A DNA stretch of 58,939 nt, from contig JBAYMG010000007.1 in NCBI GenBank assembly GCA_041663665.1, forward strand, positions 1-58,939, given 5' to 3'. The position numbers and the translations under genes are program-made. The stretch comes from Candidatus Omnitrophota bacterium. GTDB taxonomy: Bacteria > Omnitrophota > Gorgyraeia > Gygaellales > Profunditerraquicolaceae. Below the pieces are notes generated by a model that did not search any database, had not been told where the DNA came from, and was given only the letters and a program-made list of their open reading frames with translations. Below are positions 51,491 to 58,939 of this stretch, piece by piece; within the stretch, counting starts at the first letter, position 1, and each line of letters opens with the position of its first letter.

Positions 51491-52666
51491 ATGTTTAAAA
51501 TAATTAGAAACATCCCTATTTTTTTATTACTGGTCTTGTTCCTGCCATCAGGATTATTGGCGGCTAATAAGCAAGATTTGCCTAAGTTGGTTATTTTCCA
51601 TTCTCTTAGCTGCCATAAATGTACTGAGGTAAAACAGGAGGTGCTGCCTAAGATCGAAAATGAATTCAAGGATAAAGTTGTTTTTGAGTACCGGGATGTT
51701 GGGGATATAGAGAATTATAAAATGCTTATGGGGTTAATACAAAAATATAAACCAGGTAGTACTTTTTATGTACCGGTTTTTTATTTCGGGAATAAATTTT
51801 TAACTGCCCAGGGAGCAGTGGAAGAAAACTTGCATAATTTCATTTCTGAAGGATTAAAGAATCGCCACACGCAAGTATTGTCTGCTCCGGGGGATTTGAC
51901 AGGGTATTTCAAGGGGTTTGTCCCGGCAGCAATTATTATTGCCGGGCTTCAGGATGGGATTAATCCCTGTGCTTTTACGGTAATCGTATTTTTCATATCT
52001 TTTCTTGCTTTACAAGGATACCGTAAAAAAGAGCTTGTTCTTATTGGTGCGGCGTTTATTTTTTCCGTATTTCTTACCTATCTGTGTATCGGGCTGGGGA
52101 TCTTTAATTTCTTCTACCAGTTTAAAGGTTTCTGGATAATTTTTCGCTTATTTAATGTGGTCATCGGGTGTTTGAGTATTCTGTTTGGAATTTTCGCGGT
52201 GTATGATTTTATAAAATTTAAAAAAACAGGATCAACTGATCAGCTGGTTTTGCAGCTGCCTAAATCGATAAAAGCAAGGATTCACAAAGTGGTGGGATTT
52301 TTCTACCGGCTGACTCCCGATGAGAAACAGAACAATACGCGCCCGAAATTATTGAAGCTTGTTTTTAGTGCTTTGGTCACCGGATTTTTAGTTTCACTTT
52401 TGGAAGCAGTGTGTACGGGCCAAGTGTATTTGCCGACAATATCCTTTGTTTTAAAAACCACTGCTCTTAAACTTCAAGCTTTAGGGTATCTTTTGTTGTA
52501 TAATATCATGTTTGTAATTCCCTTGATTGTGATTTTTATTTTTGCGCTTTTTGGCACAAGTAGTGTTCAGTTTTCCAGCTTTTTAAAAAGGCATTTAGGG
52601 CTAATAAAAATTTTTATGGCACTTCTGTTTTTTAGTTTGGGGGTATTTTTAATTTGGGTTATCTAA
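51491..52666 (+). CDS. Thioredoxin-like (CxxC) domain fused to a CcdA/DsbD-type TM domain
   Basis: CHKC; DGINPCAF; LEAVCTGQVYLP; multi-TM C-terminus. Confidence 0.85.
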   Translation: MFKIIRNIPIFLLLVLFLPSGLLAANKQDLPKLVIFHSLSCHKCTEVKQEVLPKIENEFKDKVVFEYRDVGDIENYKMLMGLIQKYKPGSTFYVPVFYFGNKFLTAQGAVEENLHNFISEGLKNRHTQVLSAPGDLTGYFKGFVPAAIIIAGLQDGINPCAFTVIVFFISFLALQGYRKKELVLIGAAFIFSVFLTYLCIGLGIFNFFYQFKGFWIIFRLFNVVIGCLSILFGIFAVYDFIKFKKTGSTDQLVLQLPKSIKARIHKVVGFFYRLTPDEKQNNTRPKLLKLVFSALVTGFLVSLLEAVCTGQVYLPTISFVLKTTALKLQALGYLLLYNIMFVIPLIVIFIFALFGTSSVQFSSFLKRHLGLIKIFMALLFFSLGVFLIWVI

Positions 52667-53037
52667 TGCGCAAAATTATACTTATATTCTTATTTGGTTT
52701 TCTAATTTTTCAAGCTATTTATGCCGATGATAGTGCTTTAAGCCCTAAGGAATGGGATTTTGGTAAAGTTAAACAGGGGGAAATCCTAAAGCATGATTTT
52801 CTTTTTAAGAATGAAACCAGGGATATAATAAATATAAGCGGTTTGAATACATCCTGCGGCTGCACAGTTTCAAAATTAGACAAAAAAATATTAAAACCGC
52901 AGGAGTTTACGACAATCAATGTAAGTTTTGATTCTCATGGTTATTTTGGGGAAGTGAAACAGTTTATATATTTGAATACTGATAGCGTTGTTGTTCCGCT
53001 GGTAAAATTCACGATTAAAGTACAGGTAAATAAATAA
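52666..53037 (+). CDS. DUF1573-domain exported protein
   Basis: WDFGKVKQGE...HDF.FKN...TSCGCT; ATG 52666 overlaps the previous stop. Confidence 0.85.
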   Translation: MRKIILIFLFGFLIFQAIYADDSALSPKEWDFGKVKQGEILKHDFLFKNETRDIINISGLNTSCGCTVSKLDKKILKPQEFTTINVSFDSHGYFGEVKQFIYLNTDSVVVPLVKFTIKVQVNK

Positions 53038-53144
53038 TGAGGAATGTTTCCGCTTCAAATTATTCGGTGGGATAAATTCGCGCATAAACTTATGTCGTAC
53101 TTCGTGCTCCGTAAGTTGAGCGCTCATTTAAAGGAGGAATTAAG

Positions 53145-54107
53145 ATGTGGTCATTGCAGCTAAGGATGTGGTTATTGGTAACTCTTTTGTTCGGGATTGT
53201 TTATGCTTTATTGGTTGTTGTCGGTAGAGGTTTTTTGCATACCGGGGGTTTTAGCTTTTATTTGTTTCTTTCTTTAGCTATGATGCTGATTCAGTATTTG
53301 CTGGGGCCTAAAATTGTAGAATGGAGTATGCATGTAAAATATATTAAAAGAGAAGAGAATCCCCGTTTATATCAAATGATCGAGGTTATGAGTGTGCAGG
53401 CAAATATCCCGATGCCAAGAATTGGTATTGCCCAAATTGATATTCCAAATGCCTTTGCTTTTGGGCGTTCACTCAAAGACGGAAGAGTTTGCGTAACTGC
53501 CGGAATTTTAAACCTGCTTAATGACGAGGAATTAAGGGCAGTGTTGGGCCATGAATTAAGCCACTTAAAGAATCGCGATGTATTGACTATTACGTTGCTT
53601 TCGGTAATTCCGATGATTATGTACCGCATTGCTTGGCAGTTTTTATTCTACGGCCGCCGGCGTGATGAACGGGGAGGAAATACGGTATTAATCGGAGTGG
53701 TGGCATTTTTGTTTTATTTTATAACCAATCTTTTAGTGCTTTATGCTTCGCGTATCCGGGAGTATTTTGCCGATAAAGGTAGTATGCTTTTAGGCAATCA
53801 ACCTAAAGCCTTGGCTTCCAGCCTTTATAAGTTAGCTTATGGTTCAGCTAAATTAAACAAGGAATCTTTAAAACAAACAGAAGGATTAAAAGCCTTTTTT
53901 ATTAATGATCCATCCCAGGGCCGCAAGGAAGTTTTAGAGCTAGCGCAGTTGGATTTGGATAAAAACGGCACTATTGATTCTGCTGAGCTTGATTTACTTA
54001 AAAAATCAAAGATACGTTTAAAGTTAGGGGATAAAATGCTTGAGCTTTTAAGTACACATCCTAATATGCTTAAACGTATTAAAAGGCTTTCAGAATACCG
54101 GGTTTAA
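53145..54107 (+). CDS. htpX: HtpX-like M48 zinc metalloprotease
   Basis: PNAFAFG, LGHELSH, SR.REY.AD, STHP..KRI. Confidence 0.93.
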   Translation: MWSLQLRMWLLVTLLFGIVYALLVVVGRGFLHTGGFSFYLFLSLAMMLIQYLLGPKIVEWSMHVKYIKREENPRLYQMIEVMSVQANIPMPRIGIAQIDIPNAFAFGRSLKDGRVCVTAGILNLLNDEELRAVLGHELSHLKNRDVLTITLLSVIPMIMYRIAWQFLFYGRRRDERGGNTVLIGVVAFLFYFITNLLVLYASRIREYFADKGSMLLGNQPKALASSLYKLAYGSAKLNKESLKQTEGLKAFFINDPSQGRKEVLELAQLDLDKNGTIDSAELDLLKKSKIRLKLGDKMLELLSTHPNMLKRIKRLSEYRV

Positions 54108-54121
54108 TCGGATGCACTAAA

Positions 54122-54167
54122 GGGGACGCTCCTATTTGTTTTAATTGAAACAAATAGGAGCGTCCCC
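54122..54167. repeat. Perfect 20 bp inverted repeat (REP-like palindrome)
   Basis: GGGGACGCTCCTATTTGTTT-TAATTG-AAACAAATAGGAGCGTCCCC. Confidence 0.85.
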
Positions 54168-54188
54168 ACTTTTATGCTCCTTTTTGTT

Positions 54189-54217
54189 TTGACATAACCC
54201 CAAATATACTATATAAT
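54189..54217 (+). promoter_or_regulatory. Perfect sigma70 promoter immediately upstream of lysS
   Basis: TTGACA-N17-TATAAT ending 9 nt before ATG 54227. Confidence 0.8.
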
Positions 54218-54226
54218 TACTAAACT

Positions 54227-55729
54227 ATGGACATTAATGAGATTGTGCAACAAAGAATCGCAAAATTAGGGGTGCTCGGCGCTAAAAATGTAGCTTTATA
54301 TCCAGCTAGAGTGCCTGCGCATAGTACTATCAGCCAGGCTTTGGCCGGCTTTGAAGAGGGCAAAAAAGTTACTCTTTGCGGCAGAATTATGGCTATCCGC
54401 GGGCATGGAAAGGTCAGTTTTATGGACCTTCGGGATACAACCGGTAAAATTCAGCTTTATGTTAAGCGGGATGTTATTGGGGAAGAAAAGGCAGGATTAC
54501 TTGAACAATTGGATATTGCTGATATTGTAACTGTAAGCGGCGAGCTTTTTAAAACGCATACTGGGGAATTTACGCTTAAGGTTTTAGATTTGGCTATATT
54601 ATCTAAAGCCCTGCGGCCTTTACCTGAGAAGTGGCACGGCCTAAAAGATGTGGAACTGCGTTATCGGCAGCGTTATTTAGATTTACTTTCTAATGAAGAT
54701 GTAAAAAAAGTATTTGTATTGCGATCTAAAATTATTCAGGCTATTCGTAGTTTTCTCGATGCTCGCGGTTTTCTGGAAGTTGAAACTCCGATGATGCATG
54801 ATATCGCAGGCGGGGCAGCCGGCAGGCCGTTTAAGACATTCCATAATGAATATAGTATGGATCTATTTTTAAGGATTGCCCCGGAGTTATATTTAAAGCG
54901 CCTTTTAGTCGGCGGCCTTGACCGGGTATATGAGATTAACCGGTCTTTCCGTAACGAAGGTGTGTCTACACGGCATAATCCGGAGTTTACTATGCTTGAA
55001 GTTTATCAGGCTTATTCCGATTATGAGGATATGGTTAATTTAACGCAAGATCTGGTTTGCCATATTGCCAAGGAGGTTTTAGGCAAGGAGGAACTAAATT
55101 ATCAGGGTAAAATTATCAGCCTCAAAACTCCCTGGAGCAGGCAATCCTTTGCCGGTATGGTTAAGGATAAATTTGGTATTGAGCCGCAAGATGATGCTGC
55201 CCTGATGCTTAAGAAGTTACAGGATAAAGGGTTGGCTAAAGATAAAAATCGTTTGAGCCGTTCTCAGATAAATAAAATTGTTGAGGATGCCCTGGAACAG
55301 GATTTGCAGACTAACCCGACATTTATTACGGATTTTTTTAGCAGCCTTTGTCCTTTAGCTAAGAATAAGAAAGATAACCCATTGATTTCAGAAAGGTTTG
55401 AGCTCTATGTGGCAGGCATGGAGATTGCTAATGCTTATTCTGAGTTAAATGATCCTTTGGAGCAGCGCAGGCGCTTTGAGGAAGAAATTAAAGATTTAAA
55501 CGAAGAAGAAAATAAGTCAGGAAACAGCGGTTTGCCTTCCAATAGGCAAAGCCAAAAGAATGTAGATGATGAGTATATTTTAGCCTTAGAGCACGGTATG
55601 CCTCCGGCAGGAGGGGTGGGCATAGGTATTGACAGATTGGTTATGCTGCTTACGGATCAGCCATCAATAAGAGATGTAATTCTATTCCCGCTTCTGCGCA
55701 CGGTTGAGCAGGAAGAGGATAAAGTTTAA
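54227..55729 (+). CDS. lysS: Lysine--tRNA ligase (class II)
   Basis: OB domain GRIMAIRGHGK, LRYRQRYLDL, LRIAPELYLKRL, FRNEG, HNPEF, ERFE, G.GIGIDRL. Confidence 0.97.
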   Translation: MDINEIVQQRIAKLGVLGAKNVALYPARVPAHSTISQALAGFEEGKKVTLCGRIMAIRGHGKVSFMDLRDTTGKIQLYVKRDVIGEEKAGLLEQLDIADIVTVSGELFKTHTGEFTLKVLDLAILSKALRPLPEKWHGLKDVELRYRQRYLDLLSNEDVKKVFVLRSKIIQAIRSFLDARGFLEVETPMMHDIAGGAAGRPFKTFHNEYSMDLFLRIAPELYLKRLLVGGLDRVYEINRSFRNEGVSTRHNPEFTMLEVYQAYSDYEDMVNLTQDLVCHIAKEVLGKEELNYQGKIISLKTPWSRQSFAGMVKDKFGIEPQDDAALMLKKLQDKGLAKDKNRLSRSQINKIVEDALEQDLQTNPTFITDFFSSLCPLAKNKKDNPLISERFELYVAGMEIANAYSELNDPLEQRRRFEEEIKDLNEEENKSGNSGLPSNRQSQKNVDDEYILALEHGMPPAGGVGIGIDRLVMLLTDQPSIRDVILFPLLRTVEQEEDKV

Positions 55730-55730
55730 T

Positions 55731-56942
55731 ATGTTTTCTGAATTATGGCTTAGCCAGAGATATCTTAGGGCAGGAAAAAAAGAAAAAATAATTTCCATTA
55801 CTGCTTTAATTTCGATAATTGGTATCGGTATCGGGGTGATGGTGTTAATTGTGGTTATCTCGGTGATGAGCGGATTTGACAGGTTCCTTGAGGATAAGAT
55901 GGTCGGCACTAATGCCCACTTGTCGCTGGAATTTTACGGCGGTTTAAAAGACCCTTACCCGGTGATTGATAAACTGAAAACTTTCTCTTATGTAAAAGGC
56001 GCCACTCCTTTTATTGATGGCCAGGCATTGGTAAAAAATGATAAATCTATTTTTGGAGTTGAGATTCGCGGGATTGATCCAAAGCTGCAGGCAGAAACAT
56101 CCAAGATCGACGAATATTTAAAATTAGGCAGCTATGATTTAGTGGGTAATGAAGTTGCTGTCGGCCAGGAGTTAGCCTTGCGTTTAGGTGCCGCTATCGG
56201 AGATACCGTAACCTTAATTTCTCCGGTTACTTTGGGAAAGACCAATTTTCTTGTCCGGGGTATTTTTAATAGCGGGATGTACCTTTATGATTCAAGCCTT
56301 ATCTTAACTAGTATCAAAGGTGCGCAAGATTTTTATAAAATTACGGATAAGGTAACGGGTATTGCGGTCAAAGTGGATAATGTTTATAAAGTTGACAGGA
56401 TAAAAGAAAATTTATATCGAGATTTGAAAGGGTTTGGAGCTTACCAAGTACGTACTTGGGTAGATGCAAATAAAAATTTTCTTGAAGCTTTAAAACTTGA
56501 AAAGATAGTTATGTTTATTGTGGTAACCATGACTACGGTAGTGGCTGCGTTTGGTATTGTAAGCACTTTGATTATGTCGGTGATGAGCAGGATTAAGGAT
56601 ATCGGTATCTTGCGCTCGATTGGCGCTAAAACGAAAAGTATTTTACAGATTTTTATTTTTCAGGGCATGGTTATCGGCATCATCGGTATTTTTTTAGGAG
56701 TTACCGCCGGAGTGTCGCTGGCGCTTTCTTTAGACCGAGTAGTAGATTTGATAAGTAAAATAATCGGGCGAAAACTTATTCCACAGGATATTTATTATTT
56801 TGACCGGATTCCGGTAAATATTAATGCCGGTGATATTAGTTTGATTTTAATTTCCGCGCTAGTGATAATTCTGCTGGCGAGTATTTATCCGGCATATTAT
56901 GCAACAAAGATAATTCCCAGCGAGGCTGTCCGGCATGAATAG
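55731..56942 (+). CDS. LolC/LolE-family ABC permease (lipoprotein release)
   Basis: IGIGVMVLIVVISVMSGF, IGILRSIGA, SIYPA..A; paired with lolD; ATG 55731 preferred. Confidence 0.9.
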   Translation: MFSELWLSQRYLRAGKKEKIISITALISIIGIGIGVMVLIVVISVMSGFDRFLEDKMVGTNAHLSLEFYGGLKDPYPVIDKLKTFSYVKGATPFIDGQALVKNDKSIFGVEIRGIDPKLQAETSKIDEYLKLGSYDLVGNEVAVGQELALRLGAAIGDTVTLISPVTLGKTNFLVRGIFNSGMYLYDSSLILTSIKGAQDFYKITDKVTGIAVKVDNVYKVDRIKENLYRDLKGFGAYQVRTWVDANKNFLEALKLEKIVMFIVVTMTTVVAAFGIVSTLIMSVMSRIKDIGILRSIGAKTKSILQIFIFQGMVIGIIGIFLGVTAGVSLALSLDRVVDLISKIIGRKLIPQDIYYFDRIPVNINAGDISLILISALVIILLASIYPAYYATKIIPSEAVRHE

Positions 56943-57615
56943 CGAAGTGGTTAAAGTTGAGGCAATTTGTAAAAATTACCGGGATAATATAAGTAATCTC
57001 CAGGTGCTAAAAAATATAAATTTTACTGTTCAACAGGGCGAATTTCTGGTAATCCAGGGGCCTTCGGGAGCAGGTAAATCTACCCTGTTGCATATTTTAG
57101 GCGGGCTGGATAATCCAACCGGAGGAAAAGTTTATTTTAAAGGAGCGGATATTTATAAATTAGATGAGAGCTTTCGCTCTGATTTTCGTAACCGCAAGGT
57201 AGGTTTTGTTTTTCAGTTTTTCCATCTTTTACCGGAGTTAAATGCTTTAGAAAATGTTTTGCTTCCGGGTATTTTAAAATCCTGGTGGGATAAAAAGAAA
57301 AATTTAGCTCAAGCCACAGCACTTTTAGAAAGATTAGGATTGAAGGATAGGTTGAGGCATCGGCCGAACGCTTTAAGCGGCGGAGAGCAACAGAGAGTAG
57401 CTATTGCCCGGGCATTGATTAATCAGCCCCAGCTTTTACTTTGTGATGAGCCAACCGGAAACCTCGATTCTGAAAATGGGCAGAATATTTTAAAGCTTTT
57501 GGGTGAATTAAATATCCAGCAGCAAATAACAATTATCATGGTTACTCATGATAAGGATATTGCTAGTGTCGCAGGAAGAATACTGCATTTGCGCGACGGA
57601 GTTATTTTGCAGTAA
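56935..57615 (+). CDS. lolD: LolD-type ABC ATPase
   Basis: GPSGAGKST, FQFFHLLPEL, LSGGEQQR, CDEPTGNLD, VTHD. Confidence 0.9.
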   Translation: MNSEVVKVEAICKNYRDNISNLQVLKNINFTVQQGEFLVIQGPSGAGKSTLLHILGGLDNPTGGKVYFKGADIYKLDESFRSDFRNRKVGFVFQFFHLLPELNALENVLLPGILKSWWDKKKNLAQATALLERLGLKDRLRHRPNALSGGEQQRVAIARALINQPQLLLCDEPTGNLDSENGQNILKLLGELNIQQQITIIMVTHDKDIASVAGRILHLRDGVILQ

Positions 57616-57794
57616 GACACCTGTCCCAGGGCGGAATTGGGCCAGTGTCGCCCGTGGCGAATACTGCATTTAAGAGATGGAATTTTTTAAATTAGTACCT
57701 CGCGCTAAGTAAATACCCGGCGTTTATTTGAATTGCGCCGGTATTCTCTAACCGGGAAATTGCGCGGTGTCTTCTTAATGAGGGAAGGAGAAAA

Positions 57795-58664
57795 ATGAAG
57801 ATTTATATTAATGGAAAATTTTATGATAAAGAAAATGCCAAAATCTCTGTTTTTGATCACGGTTTACTTTATGGGGATGGTGTTTTTGAGGGCATCCGTT
57901 CATATAACCGGCGGGTGTTTAAATTAAAGGAACACATCGACCGGCTTTATGAATCTGCTCAGAGCATTATGTTGAAAATTACTTTAACTAAAGAGCAGAT
58001 GATCAAGGCTACGATTGATACGATCAGAGCTAATAAACTGGATAATTCTTATATCCGTTTGGTGGTTAGCCGCGGTGAAGGGGACTTGGGTCTTGATCCG
58101 CGTAAATGTTGTAAGGGGCCAACGGTTATTATTATTGCCGACAAAATTGCTTTGTATCCGGAAAAGTTATATCGCGAAGGCCTGTCTATTGTTACTGTGC
58201 CTACGGTGCGTAATTTGCCTGAGGCGCTTAATCCTCAGATCAAGTCTTTGAATTACTTAAATAATATTTTAGCTAAAATCGAGGCAGCTAATGCCGGATG
58301 CGATGAAGCAATTATGCTTGATTCTTTGGGATATGTTGCTGAATGTACTGGAGATAATATTTTTGTGGTCAAGAATAATCATCTTTATACTCCTCCCCAG
58401 TGCATGGGCACTTTGCGCGGGATTACTCGGGACGCTATTCTTGAAATTGCCCGTAAGAATAAGATTAGTGCGCATGAGCATGTAATTACCCGTCATGAAG
58501 TTTATATTTCTGATGAATGTTTTCTTACCGGAACAGCCGCGGAGATTGTTCCGGTAGTTAAGGTTGACGGCCGGATTATCGGTGCAGGTAAACCGGGAAA
58601 ACTTACAACGTCGTTAATTAAGAAATTTAAAGAATTGACTACTAGAGATGGAGTGAAGTACTAA
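57795..58664 (+). CDS. ilvE: Branched-chain amino acid aminotransferase (class IV)
   Basis: DHGLLYGDGVFEGIR, YIRLVVSRG, IKSLNYLNNILAK, ECTGDN, L.GITR, TGTAAE. Confidence 0.95.
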   Translation: MKIYINGKFYDKENAKISVFDHGLLYGDGVFEGIRSYNRRVFKLKEHIDRLYESAQSIMLKITLTKEQMIKATIDTIRANKLDNSYIRLVVSRGEGDLGLDPRKCCKGPTVIIIADKIALYPEKLYREGLSIVTVPTVRNLPEALNPQIKSLNYLNNILAKIEAANAGCDEAIMLDSLGYVAECTGDNIFVVKNNHLYTPPQCMGTLRGITRDAILEIARKNKISAHEHVITRHEVYISDECFLTGTAAEIVPVVKVDGRIIGAGKPGKLTTSLIKKFKELTTRDGVKY

Positions 58665-58665
58665 T

Positions 58666-58939
58666 ATGCTTTGTGATGTCTGTGGGAAAAATCCGGCAAC
58701 AGTGCACCTGACTGAGATTATCGATGAGCAGATGAATGAGCTGCATTTATGTGAGGATTGCGCACGAACTAAAAGTGCCGCTATGGAACAGCAATTTGGC
58801 TTAAGTGATTTGCTGGCTGGTATGGTTGATTTTGAAAAGCCAACTGCCCAAAAAGAAGAAGCAGTTACTATTAAGTGCCCTAATTGTGGATTGACTTATG
58901 CTGATTTTAAAAAGATCGGGCGGCTTGGCTGTGGAGAAT
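58666..58939 (+). CDS. mcsA: McsA (protein-arginine kinase activator), 3'-truncated by the window edge
   Basis: MLCDVCGKNPATVHLTEII...LHLCEDCA...KCPNCGLTYADFKKIGRLGC. Confidence 0.9.
   Translation, partial: MLCDVCGKNPATVHLTEIIDEQMNELHLCEDCARTKSAAMEQQFGLSDLLAGMVDFEKPTAQKEEAVTIKCPNCGLTYADFKKIGRLGCGE

Noticed and set aside
57616-57794. T-box or leucine/valine leader-peptide attenuator for ilvE
   Set aside because: No GGTGGTACCGCG T-box sequence and no terminator U-run; the mini-ORF has only one Leu and one Val codon

Overview
AT-rich bacterial chromosomal window, almost entirely + strand. Gene content and style suggest Candidatus Omnitrophota (PVC), but this is an unverified inference. Order: FHA-Ser/Thr kinase-TPR protein, Yip1-pilin fusion, two metal exporters, an output-less CHASE4/PAS sensor + histidine kinase + two receivers, a MoxR/Bat operon, an XRE-cupin regulator with a degenerate M20 hydrolase and two acetate-kinase-family genes, RRM/Smr/glgP, tRNA-Arg-tadA-tRNA-Ser, dnaX-recR-ABC-F, tRNA-Asn followed by a ~4.5 kb accessory region, an sxtI/J/K-like carbamoyltransferase triad, ogt, purU, a carotenoid cluster (crtI, ispH, crtB, two lycopene-cyclase-domain genes, crtE), ccdA-like, htpX, lysS, lolC/E-lolD, ilvE and a partial mcsA. 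Two observations stand out. (1) Three directly oriented ~120 bp elements (36632-36749, 38341-38460, 40343-40462), each with 18 bp terminal inverted repeats plus a second inner inverted-repeat pair at the same offset from both ends, bracket two small cargo modules and lie next to truncated gene stubs: a candidate cassette/recombination system of unknown type. (2) An acetate kinase (24975-26210) carries loop signatures I recall from the PPi-dependent Entamoeba enzyme (CHLGTGGSS, FTDxxG) and lies between two apparent pseudoenzymes under a putative operator-controlled promoter region. No CRISPR, rRNA, integrase or transposase is visible. All calls rest on motif recognition and manual reading; no database searches were run.
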